Virus genome (UHGV): UHGV-0193858
DNA length: 19,501 bases
Reading direction: 5' to 3' (one strand)
Origin: a virus
Shown here: positions 8,056-16,717 of the stretch, piece after piece
How the letters are laid out: every line of letters starts with the position of its first letter
Position numbering within the stretch: the stretch's first letter is position 1
Notes under the pieces: generated by a model
Seen by the model: only the letters and a program-made list of their open reading frames with translations
The model's database searches: none
What the model was told of the DNA's origin: nothing
Position numbers and translations under genes: made by a program

Positions 8056-9137
8056 TGGTTTAGTCCGGGTATTTGCTGGTAGAAAGCATAAGGCTGGACA
8101 GCGAAAGCCTCCGGGGGCATCAGATAAAGGCGCGCATGGGTGCCGTCACTGTCTCTGATATAAGTCACCTCTGCGATAAGCAATTCGGTGTCAGGCAGCT
8201 GCAGACTCGGGATGTTGACCGGGATAAGCGTATTCGGCTCCCATAATTTCCCGGATTTATCGCGCCAGGAATCAATCGTCACCGTTAACTGACGGGAACG
8301 GCCGTATCGGCGGTTCATCTCCCAGTCAATCGCTCGCTGAGCCTGTTGTGAAGCCATCAGTGTACTTTCAACAATAATGATCCGTTTTCGGTAACGCATA
8401 CTGGCCGCCTCAGGATCGCGGGCCGTCGCCAGCGTCACCGAATCATAAGCCGTATCTGGCGAGAATCCTGCAATCGGCGAAATGCTCATCGATACGCCGA
8501 CGTAATCAGAAAAGCGGTCAGCCATCGAACGGCGGTAATAAGCCTGTTCGATATTTACCCCTTCTGCGATACCGCTGGCCGCGCGCTTTGTCCCCACCCG
8601 GGTCAGAAATAAGTTACCGTCAGGCTGATCGTAATAAAGCAATGCCGACCAGCGGGAGACACGATCAAGTATTTCCTGTGGCGATTCCCCCCAGTTCAGG
8701 GAAAATTGCGGAACTTTCACCAGATCATCAACGTCTGTACTTACGCCAATGTTGTAATGGGATGCGAGGCGGGAGGCTATATCAAGCGCATTACTGTTAT
8801 TGATGACGTTATTTGGCCATTCAGCAGAGCAATCAACGAGATCTGCGCACTTACTGCGGCCTGAGGCTCTGACTTCATGGCGCGAACGGGAAATAGCAGG
8901 CGACCAGTCATCAACATACCCCGTCACTACCAGGTCGTTACCAAGCTTTACCTGACAAGGCATCCCTTCCTTTACCAGCTGCTTCTGGTCACTTCCCGGA
9001 AAATAATCCATCAGTCCCAGGTCAAAATCGGAGGGAAAACGCTCAATGCCACGGGTCACCCGCACAGAGTCCCATCCTTCAATGATTTTTCCGCCCACTG
9101 TCAGGGAGACAATATCCTGATCATTATCCGTACTCAT
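8052..9137 (-). CDS. Baseplate hub / tail protein (Mu gp44, P2 gpD-like)
   Basis: 361 aa, lying immediately upstream of the V-like, gp46-like and J-like genes in Mu order. Called from position and size; I do not recall a diagnostic motif. Confidence 0.6.
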   Translation of the reverse strand: MSTDNDQDIVSLTVGGKIIEGWDSVRVTRGIERFPSDFDLGLMDYFPGSDQKQLVKEGMPCQVKLGNDLVVTGYVDDWSPAISRSRHEVRASGRSKCADLVDCSAEWPNNVINNSNALDIASRLASHYNIGVSTDVDDLVKVPQFSLNWGESPQEILDRVSRWSALLYYDQPDGNLFLTRVGTKRAASGIAEGVNIEQAYYRRSMADRFSDYVGVSMSISPIAGFSPDTAYDSVTLATARDPEAASMRYRKRIIIVESTLMASQQAQRAIDWEMNRRYGRSRQLTVTIDSWRDKSGKLWEPNTLIPVNIPSLQLPDTELLIAEVTYIRDSDGTHARLYLMPPEAFAVQPYAFYQQIPGLNQ

Positions 9138-9520
9138 TGTCTCAACACCTTCATCGTCGTCGGCATAAATGCCGGATGCGGTACGCTGGCCTCCTGTATC
9201 AGTTCATTTGCCCGCGAGGCATCCTGATACAGGCGGTTGGCCAGTACCAGGGCAGGAACCGGCACCGCAGTATTGATTTGCATCAACTCACTCAGTCCGG
9301 ATGAAGTCTGAGCCATGGTATTCAGAAAAGCGGTTCTCACGTCCATCAATGCCGTATAAAGATCATCATCGCCACGGTCGCCCGCCAGTAGTAACGCGGT
9401 ATCCAGTTGCCCGGCCACGCGTTGAGTGATTTCTTCGGCCTCATTACGACTGGTTGGGTTGTAATCTGCAGCAGCATCCGTCATGGCTCCGGTACATAGC
9501 ACTACGATCAGCGTGTTCAT
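9134..9520 (-). CDS. Probable C-terminal remnant of the tail gene upstream of the hub (Mu gp43-like?), truncated by a deletion
   Basis: 128-aa ORF translationally coupled to the hub gene (ATGA overlap). Its frame is closed by a stop about 20 codons upstream of the first ATG. Its 5' end overlaps the 3' end of the decoration-protein ORF by 77 nt. Confidence 0.35.
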   Translation of the reverse strand: MNTLIVVLCTGAMTDAAADYNPTSRNEAEEITQRVAGQLDTALLLAGDRGDDDLYTALMDVRTAFLNTMAQTSSGLSELMQINTAVPVPALVLANRLYQDASRANELIQEASVPHPAFMPTTMKVLRQ

Positions 9521-9953
9521 GGTGCCAGCCAGTTGCTGGCTGCTTTCGGAACGCTGGTAAAGGTGCCTGGGCGCTGTCTTTCAGGAAGATGGCCAGCGGA
9601 CGTAGTGCTGTTTTCAGTTCCGGCGCAGTCCAGGAATCGTCAAAAATAATATGATTCTGGTTGAACTCGCCCATCAGGTACAGGCCGCCGGACTGATCGC
9701 CATGGGTGGAAGCGTCAACATCATCAACCAGAATGGCCGCTGGCGTCTCGCTACCATCCGTTGCGGTTTTCACACTGGCTGTATATTTGCCACTGGCGGT
9801 GATCATGCCAAGCACAGTGCCACGCTTATACACACCGCCGGTGATCGTGCCGGTGTCAGTGACCAGTTGCAGCGTACCGGCAATTAACTGATCCGGCACA
9901 AACACTGAACTCTTCATGCCAGGTGCAAAGGCATTCTGACCAAATTGATCCAT
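9444..9953 (-). CDS. Head decoration protein (lambda gpD-like) with an aberrant C-terminal extension
   Basis: The first ~125 aa resemble lambda gpD in length and pattern (TDG ... GILV ... GGLY ... W, ending ...LAIFLKDS). The last ~40 aa (AQAPLPAFRKQ...CCCRLQPNQS) have no counterpart and overlap the next ORF. Confidence 0.55.
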   Translation of the reverse strand: MDQFGQNAFAPGMKSSVFVPDQLIAGTLQLVTDTGTITGGVYKRGTVLGMITASGKYTASVKTATDGSETPAAILVDDVDASTHGDQSGGLYLMGEFNQNHIIFDDSWTAPELKTALRPLAIFLKDSAQAPLPAFRKQPATGWHHEHADRSAMYRSHDGCCCRLQPNQS

Positions 9954-10543
9954 TATTTCTCTCCTTTAATGGAGTTGTAGAGGCCGGTCATCTGGTTTAC
10001 CAGTGCCGATTTACCGTTCTCTTTCTTGCCGCCATCCGGATTCAGACGGACATCATGGCTTTCCTGCATGCGCTGATCGAGAGAGCGCCCGCGCGTTGCC
10101 TTTGGTTGCAAGGCTGGCGCCGTGGATGCCAGAACATCGATAGCGGCGGTAGAGCTCATCCCGGTATTGAATGCGAGTGAAGCGGCCAGTGACGGATTCG
10201 CCGCAGCGTGCTTACTGCCGAAGATACGGGCGCAACGTTTACGCTCGGCGGCGCGGGCATTTTTCACCGCTTTGCTTTCTTTGCGGTCATCGTCGCCGTC
10301 ATCTTCGGAATCGTCATCGTCTTCAGCCGCATCCAGGTCGTCACCGTCATCTTCAGCGTCATCATCACGATCGTCGTTTTCCGCGTCATCTTCGCGTTCA
10401 TCGTCCCCGGCATCATCTTCGCGCTCATCCTCTTCCGCGCGACGGCCTTTCGCTTTTTTGGCCTTTTTGTCCTCTTCCTCTTCGGAAGCAGTCGCGCCAC
10501 GGCCAATAAGATGAGCAAAACTAAAAGTCTTTTTCTTCGCCAT
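9953..10543 (-). CDS. Head scaffolding protein (lambda Nu3-like C-terminus) with a ~70-residue acidic Asp/Glu-rich insert; start taken at MAKKK
   Basis: The C-terminal segment AAERKRCARIFGSKHAAANPSLAASLAFNTGMSSTAAIDVLASTAP aligns with the lambda C/Nu3 C-terminus as I recall it. The ATG at 10543 lies 2 nt after the protease stop. The ORF track extends the start to 10627, overlapping the protease. Confidence 0.55.
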   Translation of the reverse strand: MAKKKTFSFAHLIGRGATASEEEEDKKAKKAKGRRAEEDEREDDAGDDEREDDAENDDRDDDAEDDGDDLDAAEDDDDSEDDGDDDRKESKAVKNARAAERKRCARIFGSKHAAANPSLAASLAFNTGMSSTAAIDVLASTAPALQPKATRGRSLDQRMQESHDVRLNPDGGKKENGKSALVNQMTGLYNSIKGEK

Positions 10544-10544
10544 T

Positions 10545-11411
10545 TCAGGCTCCTGTTTTTTCAAGTAAGTTTCTGAACGCAGCATCAGGAGGACACACCT
10601 CATCAGCCAGTCCAAGTTCCACACCATCAGCAGCCATAAAACAGGCAGCCTGAGTACTTTTGATAACCTTTGCGCTAATCCCCCGATTTCTGGCGACGGT
10701 ATTCACAAACAATTCGCCCATGGTGTTGATGTCCTGCTGAATAGCCGCCAGCGCTTCATCTGACAGCTCTCTCAGCGGTGCCCCCTCAGCCTTACGGGAA
10801 CCGTAGGTGATGATGGTGACTTTGAGGCCGTCATCTTTTATCCGCTGGGTCCAGTCAAGGTGCATAGTGATCACACCAACTGAACCCACACCACCGGTTC
10901 GGGGAACAGAAATCCGGTCCGCCGCACTGGCAATCGCATAGGCGGCGGAATAGGCGCTTTCCGTCAGAATGGCATGGATGGGCTTTTTCCCGCGGGCGCC
11001 ATAAATGACATCGACCAGATCGAAACATCCGGCGACCTCGCCTCCTGGCGAATCAATATCCAGGCAGATCCCTGTAATATCGGGGTCTTCCATCGCAGTC
11101 AGGAAGGCCTGACGAATGCCGTCATAGCCTGTCATGCCACTGTATGGGCGCAGGCTACCCAGCTTCTGCACCAGGGTCCCACATATCGGGATGACAGCGA
11201 CGCCCAACACATTGTCATAACCCGGGTCGCTACGGGATTCCCGCCCCCTGTTATCGTCGTATCCATACCAGTCATCATCCATGGCAAGAGAGGATTCGAT
11301 TTTACTGATGCCAAACCGGTCCATAACGGATGCCATGATGACTTCAGCTTTACTTGGGTGCAGCGCCAGCGGTGTATTAAAAAGGCGCTGGGCCAGATGA
11401 GGTAGATTCAC
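10545..11411 (-). CDS. Prohead protease, S49 (ClpP/SppA-like) family, lambda gpC N-terminal domain-like
   Basis: 288 aa. LRPYSGMTGYDGIRQAF ... ICLDIDSPGGEVAGCFDLVDVI closely matches the lambda gpC protease domain (LQPYSGMTGYNGI ... LLDMDTPGGMVAGAFD). Confidence 0.85.
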   Translation of the reverse strand: MNLPHLAQRLFNTPLALHPSKAEVIMASVMDRFGISKIESSLAMDDDWYGYDDNRGRESRSDPGYDNVLGVAVIPICGTLVQKLGSLRPYSGMTGYDGIRQAFLTAMEDPDITGICLDIDSPGGEVAGCFDLVDVIYGARGKKPIHAILTESAYSAAYAIASAADRISVPRTGGVGSVGVITMHLDWTQRIKDDGLKVTIITYGSRKAEGAPLRELSDEALAAIQQDINTMGELFVNTVARNRGISAKVIKSTQAACFMAADGVELGLADEVCPPDAAFRNLLEKTGA

Positions 11412-13042
11412 TTTTCCTCCGGATCGGTAATTGTCTGGCTGGCGAACTGGTCCGCCTGCGCCCAGCTAGGTAATGGAAGTCCGCGCTTCAGGCAGGACTC
11501 AATTTCCCGCTGGCGCTGATCAAGTATCTCTTCCCAGTCCTCACCCACGTTTTCACCCACTTCAATTTCGAGAGTGGAAAGGCCGGCATCGAGGCCGAGA
11601 ATGGCGCCTTTTTTCTCTGCCACCGGATCAACCCATCCTCGCCCCGGCCCCATCCAGCGCGCACGGGAATACGCTGCCCGGGCATCAACAAAATCAGGGG
11701 CATCATTAGGTAGAGGTAAATCCTCGTTATCGTGAACTTCCTCCACAAAGGCCGTCAGAAGCGGCTGAGCGGTACCCATGGAGAAATCATCACGTCGGCG
11801 GGTGAGCGTTTTCCATGCCTCCAGCAAGGAAGATCGCGCAGAGCTGTAATTCACATCAGACCAGTCCTGTGTAACCTGCTGAGGAGATAACCCCGTACCG
11901 GATGAGAAATTACGCAATACTGCAGACTCGAAAACCTCAAAGTTGCTGTAAGGGCGGGCAGCGTTGACCGTTGTTATTCTCTCCCCTGGATAAAGGATCG
12001 GCATACGGGCGCCATTCTGCAGCGTCAAACGGCGATCATTATGAAACTCTGCACGACCATCCTGGTATGCTCCCAATCCCTCTTCGAAGTTTTCCCCCAG
12101 CGCGGACTGGATCATTTCGGGATCGTATGGAGACTCAATATACGCGGCGAAGATAGCATTCAGAATTGCTGCTTCCAGCTCGCTCTGGTCGTACTTCACC
12201 AGCATCTTCAGACGTTGCACTACTGGAGTCAGAATGCCATTCCCCCGATGCTGAGCTCCACGCTCATGGTCAAAGTCGTGCACAACGTGCGGGCGCCCCC
12301 ATGCGGTTTCGCGCGGGATTCGTCGCCATGTCATTGTTTTGGCGCCACTCCACCAGTCACCGATATGTGCTTCACGTATGTGATAAGCCACAGGTGCGCC
12401 GTCAGCATCAATTTCAACGCCGCCGCGGATATTCGGCATATCAAAATTCTGCTGCGGGTTACTGAGTCTGTCGGGATCAACAACCTGCACCGTCGTGGCA
12501 TAACGCCCCTTACCTGGTCCAAGGCGATCGGTGCGATACTGAAGCACCATCAGGGCATCGCCATCAATCAGCTTGTGGCGAAAGGCCAGACGCAACATTT
12601 GTGGAACGGTTAGCTTGCGCTCAACGTCACAATAACGGCCTGTGTCGTATGCCCAGGTTCTCCAGTGGGAAGCGAGTGCTTTTCCGTACTCTTCCGCCCA
12701 TACTGCGTCAAAACTTTTATTACCTGTCATCATCCGTAATACACGATAGTCAGGCTTCATGATCGGACGGAAATTGGCGCCGACCGCATTATCAAGCAGG
12801 CGAGTTATGGCACCATTGGCCCATCCATCATTTCGGACCAGATCCCGCGCACGGGAAACTATACGGTCACGGTAGATATTAATTTCGTTATCCGGTGACC
12901 ATAGTGCGGGCTGCCAGTTCGCCAGTTGATCGCTGAAGGAATCCCCGGCGTCATATGGCACCCGGCTACCGCCCGTCAACATGCTGGGTTTTGGTGCCTG
13001 ATAAGGTCTCCCGTCAGGACCAAGGATTTGCACTTTATTCAT
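11408..13042 (-). CDS. Portal protein, lambda gpB-like
   Basis: 544 aa. ARDLVRNDGWANGAI matches lambda gpB ADDLVRNNGYAANAI. Size and position between the gpW-like and protease genes. Confidence 0.85.
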   Translation of the reverse strand: MNKVQILGPDGRPYQAPKPSMLTGGSRVPYDAGDSFSDQLANWQPALWSPDNEINIYRDRIVSRARDLVRNDGWANGAITRLLDNAVGANFRPIMKPDYRVLRMMTGNKSFDAVWAEEYGKALASHWRTWAYDTGRYCDVERKLTVPQMLRLAFRHKLIDGDALMVLQYRTDRLGPGKGRYATTVQVVDPDRLSNPQQNFDMPNIRGGVEIDADGAPVAYHIREAHIGDWWSGAKTMTWRRIPRETAWGRPHVVHDFDHERGAQHRGNGILTPVVQRLKMLVKYDQSELEAAILNAIFAAYIESPYDPEMIQSALGENFEEGLGAYQDGRAEFHNDRRLTLQNGARMPILYPGERITTVNAARPYSNFEVFESAVLRNFSSGTGLSPQQVTQDWSDVNYSSARSSLLEAWKTLTRRRDDFSMGTAQPLLTAFVEEVHDNEDLPLPNDAPDFVDARAAYSRARWMGPGRGWVDPVAEKKGAILGLDAGLSTLEIEVGENVGEDWEEILDQRQREIESCLKRGLPLPSWAQADQFASQTITDPEEK

Positions 13043-13305
13043 CAGAATCTGAACCTCACTGGCTTCCGTGGCCGGGCGACAATTCCCAGTTGCGCCTGCA
13101 GCAACTGAATCAGCGCCAGCAGGTCGGCGAGAGAGCTTTGCTGATAGGAGACAGAGCGCGTCCCATCACCCTGCGTATAGGAGAATGAGACGCCACGGCT
13201 GCCGGTAGTCAGGTCGATATAAGCCTGCTGCGCTTTCTGCAGAGCGTCTCTGAGCTGCTCATCAGTCATCCCACCAGCAAGTAAGCTCGTGTTTCGGTTA
13301 AACAT
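13042..13305 (-). CDS. Head-tail joining protein, lambda gpW-like
   Basis: 87 aa, between terminase and portal. Pattern similarity to lambda gpW (DLTTGSRGVSF ... SLADLLALIQLLQAQLG versus DLMTGKRVATV ... SVSDLKKYIAELEVQTG). Confidence 0.6.
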   Translation of the reverse strand: MFNRNTSLLAGGMTDEQLRDALQKAQQAYIDLTTGSRGVSFSYTQGDGTRSVSYQQSSLADLLALIQLLQAQLGIVARPRKPVRFRF

Positions 13306-13313
13306 GGTTTTCC

Positions 13314-15446
13314 TTATTGCGGCAGGAGTTTAGAAATGTTCTTACGCTTAACAGGAGCCATAGCCTCATCCACGATGGCACCCGGTAATTCGTAATTGAT
13401 TTTTTCTTCTGGCTCGGCTGGCGCCGGCAGGAACTTATCGGGATCGGCCTGAAGGTTAGCGGCCCGAACATTGAGTTTTAATCCCATATGTTTCAGCCCA
13501 CACAACGCGGCATAGCTGTAAACGAGGCAGTCGAGTGCTTCGTTCGCCCGTCCGGGGATAGGCTCCCAGACACTGAATCGCTGACCGGCCACCACTTTAT
13601 AAACCAGTCGCTCGGCCAGCAGCTGGTTGAAATAGCCGAGGTCACGATCATCCGGGAAGTGCATATAGCCCGCACCGGCAGTACCTAAAGCTGGCGGTTC
13701 AAGATGCAGACGACCACGGACAACATCTTTCGCAGAGTTCACGCCAAGTATAATTGGCCTGAAGCTGGCTTTACTTTTCGATGTCGGTCGCTTGGTTGGC
13801 CAGACGGGGTTGCGTTTCCCACCCTGCGCAGATTCGCCCTTGATAGCCCAGACGCGGCGCCCAAGGCGATCTTTGCAGAACTCATAAACCTTTTGCGTGT
13901 GGTGACCGCCGGAGTCCATACATGCAGCCAGAATATTCAGCCCTCGCCCGTCGCCGCGTCGCCATATCTGTTTCAGGTACGCATCGAGGCGCTTCCAGGG
14001 TTCCTCAGTCTCCAGATCGCCATAAATGACGTCATGCGCAACTGACCACGATTCCTCGTCCCGCCCCCAGCCAGTGATCGTGATTTCGAATCGGTCATCC
14101 TGAGTATCGACGCCCGCAGTTAACAATGCCACGCCATCAGGAACGACGGCCGGGAAGACTTCACGGCGCGCCAGCAGGACATCAACCGGGAGCTGTTTCC
14201 CGTGGTTAGGCCGGTGCGGCAACCCCATCTGGGTGTTCCACCAGGCCTGTTCCTTATCCGGATCCCCTTTCGCATCGAGGTATTTCTTTGCAATGTCCGA
14301 TGGCTTGTCTTTTTGCCAGGGACTGAAGAGTTTTGACGCCTGGTACCCGGCGTGGTGATTATCCAGCGCCTCGGCCCCGCAGTCCGGGCAAATCGCCCGG
14401 TATACGGCATGCCGTTCCGACTCTGACCAGCGCCAGACGGCATCAACACTGCCCTCGTCTCCTTCATGCCATTTCTGGTCGTATTCCATTAATGGTGAAT
14501 GGCGGGAACCACAACATTCAAACGGTTTGGTCTGATGCCAGCGGATTGTCTGTAATGCCCGCAGACGCTCACCCTCTGACCAGCCAGCACCACAACATTC
14601 ACAATGGATCATGGCCGCTTTGGTCAGGTGCTTATCACCTTCTTTTGGCCATTGAACATGTTTGAAGAAATCAAGGAACTGTCGGTGCCCGCAATGGGGG
14701 CAAACTACAGAGGCCCGCCGCTGATCTGAATCTTCGTAACTGTCAGCAATCCGGCTTTCATCTTCGATCGTCGGCGAACAAGCCCGCACGGACAGCCAGT
14801 TAAGGCCAAATGTGGCGGTTCGCTCTTCCGCCAGAGCGATGGGATCGCCCTCACGGGTAATCGGATATTTATCCACCTCATCTGCCAGCAGAACACGGAT
14901 CGGACGGCGCGCAAGGTTATCTGGACTACCGGCGCCGGCCAGCGCCAGAAATCCGCCGGTGAAAGCTTTATACAGAATGGTTTCTTTTGAACTCTTCTGC
15001 TTTGAGTCACCTATGATGTTACGCAGAACTGGCGTTACCCTAACCAGCGGGCTGATGCGTTCTTTGGAAAACTGCTCAGCGGCCTCTTCCTTCGGCTGCA
15101 GGAGCAAAATCGGACATGGGTCGAGGTGCGCAAAATAACCAAACAGGTTTTCCAGCAGCGCGGTTTTCATTAACTGGGTACAGCACATCACGGTGATAAT
15201 GTGGACGCCCGATTCCGTCGCGGCCAGCATAGGACCGCGGGCAATTTCAACCGTTGATGTTTCCCAGTTCCCGGAGGTACTGCCAGCTTCTTTCGCCAGC
15301 TTCCGGTAGTCATCGGCCCATTGCGGGACGCTGATCCGCGGCGGCGGTGTCCACCCTTTCCGGACACTCAGTTGAAGACGCTCAATCTTCCGCTGGGTTA
15401 AACTCTGGTTCTCCGAGGACTGAGATATGTTTGTGGACATGTTCAA
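13314..15446 (-). CDS. Terminase large subunit, lambda gpA-like
   Basis: 710 aa. Contains the VVCPHCG zinc-finger-like motif (lambda VACPHCG), TAGVDTQDDRFEITITGWGRDEESW (lambda TAGIDSQLDRYEMRVWGWGPGEESW) and C-terminal RANEALDCLVYSYAAL (lambda RNEALDCFVYALAAL). Confidence 0.9.
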   Translation of the reverse strand: MNMSTNISQSSENQSLTQRKIERLQLSVRKGWTPPPRISVPQWADDYRKLAKEAGSTSGNWETSTVEIARGPMLAATESGVHIITVMCCTQLMKTALLENLFGYFAHLDPCPILLLQPKEEAAEQFSKERISPLVRVTPVLRNIIGDSKQKSSKETILYKAFTGGFLALAGAGSPDNLARRPIRVLLADEVDKYPITREGDPIALAEERTATFGLNWLSVRACSPTIEDESRIADSYEDSDQRRASVVCPHCGHRQFLDFFKHVQWPKEGDKHLTKAAMIHCECCGAGWSEGERLRALQTIRWHQTKPFECCGSRHSPLMEYDQKWHEGDEGSVDAVWRWSESERHAVYRAICPDCGAEALDNHHAGYQASKLFSPWQKDKPSDIAKKYLDAKGDPDKEQAWWNTQMGLPHRPNHGKQLPVDVLLARREVFPAVVPDGVALLTAGVDTQDDRFEITITGWGRDEESWSVAHDVIYGDLETEEPWKRLDAYLKQIWRRGDGRGLNILAACMDSGGHHTQKVYEFCKDRLGRRVWAIKGESAQGGKRNPVWPTKRPTSKSKASFRPIILGVNSAKDVVRGRLHLEPPALGTAGAGYMHFPDDRDLGYFNQLLAERLVYKVVAGQRFSVWEPIPGRANEALDCLVYSYAALCGLKHMGLKLNVRAANLQADPDKFLPAPAEPEEKINYELPGAIVDEAMAPVKRKNISKLLPQ

Positions 15447-15945
15447 TCAGCACCTCTGTCATCCTGTCCGCCGGCACATTCAGATCGGCGGCTATCAGCG
15501 GTGCCACGCGTGAAGGCCAGTTCAGCCAGGCATCACGCTGCTGGCGAAAGGCGTTAAACAGAACCTCCTCGGCGATGGCCAATTCAATTGTCTGGCCGCT
15601 GTCTTTTTCATACTGGAGCTTTGCCTGCAGGGCCATGTAATTTTCACGGATCCGCGCGGCCTCTTCCCTGGAAAGGACTGCACCTTCTGTAAGCATTATC
15701 TGGCGAACGGTTTCATCAATTTCATCGTCGCCATCATTCCGGGGTGCTGGGGCTTTTTTCTTCTTCGCGTTTGATGCCCGCGGATCTTTTCCATCACGGT
15801 TTTTCTTCAGCGCGGCATCGCTCGCCTCAACATCAATCAGGTCGCCATCCATGACGATAAACCGACCAGCCTTGATCCATCGGCCAATAGTCTTGCGATC
15901 GACGCCTGAATGTTGCGCGTACTGACTCTGGTTCATCGTGGTCAT
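15382..15945 (-). CDS. Terminase small subunit, lambda Nu1-like (winged-HTH N-terminus)
   Basis: N-terminal MNQSQYAQHSGVDRKTIGRWIKAG parallels lambda Nu1 VNKKQLADIFGASIRTIQNWQEQG. Lies immediately upstream of the large subunit, overlapping it by 65 nt. Confidence 0.75.
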   Translation of the reverse strand: MTTMNQSQYAQHSGVDRKTIGRWIKAGRFIVMDGDLIDVEASDAALKKNRDGKDPRASNAKKKKAPAPRNDGDDEIDETVRQIMLTEGAVLSREEAARIRENYMALQAKLQYEKDSGQTIELAIAEEVLFNAFRQQRDAWLNWPSRVAPLIAADLNVPADRMTEVLIEHVHKHISVLGEPEFNPAED

Positions 15946-16092
15946 GGGACATCACCTGGGACATTTTTGGGGTGGGACATTTACCTGGGACATTTTTTCA
16001 ATGTCCCACACGAATGTCCCACTGGAATAAATGGAATAATCCGTGCTGGCTCTGGCGTGGCTGGCGATCCCTTGGGGTGGGACATGGGACAC
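15946..16092. repeat. Array of about eight GGGACAY heptamers in both orientations directly upstream of the small terminase gene; candidate cosB-like terminase-binding sites
   Basis: GGGACAT at 15946, 15958, 15974 and 15987; inverted ATGTCCC at 16001 and 16014; GGGACAT at 16079 and GGGACAC at 16086. The placement mirrors lambda cosB (R sites between cosN and Nu1). Confidence 0.5.
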
Positions 16093-16192
16093 AAAATAAA
16101 AGTTTGTAGCTAGGAAAACACTGCGGCGCGCAATGCCCGTGCCTTACAAAAGTCTCAGGAAGGACCCAAACCCTATGGGGTAGGTATTCAGG

Positions 16193-16717
16193 TCATTTTG
16201 CCGTTCGAATCGCTTCCTCAATCGCCCTACTCAGCGCGCCGGGCATTAAGCCGGCTGCCATTGACCGTGAGCGGTTCATGTAGTCAAGCGTAGGCGTAAC
16301 AGGTAGAGCATCACCAAACCTCACCAGCAGCTTAGGAGCACGCTGTTTCCGCTTTGGTCTGCGCGTACCATTCGCTGAGCGCCGGGCTCGTTTCTTTTTC
16401 GCCTTCTTCGGTTTACGCCTCTGCCAGACAGCATCAACACCATTGACCTCACCTACGAACACATTCGGCTTCGCTTTCAACTGCGACAGCTTATTTCGCG
16501 GCATGTTGCCGTATTTGTTCAGTTTGATGTTCTTTGGATTGAGCAGCGCCTGGCTGTTCAGTTTATGTTCACCACCAAATTCAAAGGGTTCGAGATATTC
16601 AGCGGCGACATCGCGCACAAAGACTTTTGCGCGGAGGTTGTTCTTTCTGGCGCCAGCAGAGCCCACTGAGTTGACGGTGAACGGCGTCGGCGATTCCAGT
16701 TTTCGCCCCAGTGCCAC
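16193..16717 (-). CDS. Hypothetical basic protein (174 aa) with a Lys/Arg-rich tract, lying between the integrase remnant and the cos/terminase region
   Basis: Long open frame on the minus strand with no comparable plus-strand ORF. Contains RRKPKKAKKKRARRSANGTRRPKRKQRAPK. No family recognised. Confidence 0.4.
   Translation of the reverse strand: MALGRKLESPTPFTVNSVGSAGARKNNLRAKVFVRDVAAEYLEPFEFGGEHKLNSQALLNPKNIKLNKYGNMPRNKLSQLKAKPNVFVGEVNGVDAVWQRRKPKKAKKKRARRSANGTRRPKRKQRAPKLLVRFGDALPVTPTLDYMNRSRSMAAGLMPGALSRAIEEAIRTAK

Noticed and set aside
10122-10576. Several plus-strand ORFs (Ser-rich and His/Arg-rich, 10122..10514, 10171..10509, 10208..10576) and the minus-strand Lys/Arg-rich ORF 10264..10518
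   Set aside because: All lie within the acidic GA-rich tract of the scaffold gene; they are low-complexity shadow ORFs in alternative frames, not independent genes.
12041-12613. 190-aa plus-strand ORF
   Set aside because: It lies entirely antisense within the well-supported portal gene and has no recognisable motif or start signals.
15946-16092. GGGACAT repeat cluster considered as a CRISPR array
   Set aside because: The repeat units are only 7 nt, occur in both orientations with irregular 5-60 nt spacing, and there are no cas genes; the position upstream of terminase fits packaging-site elements instead.
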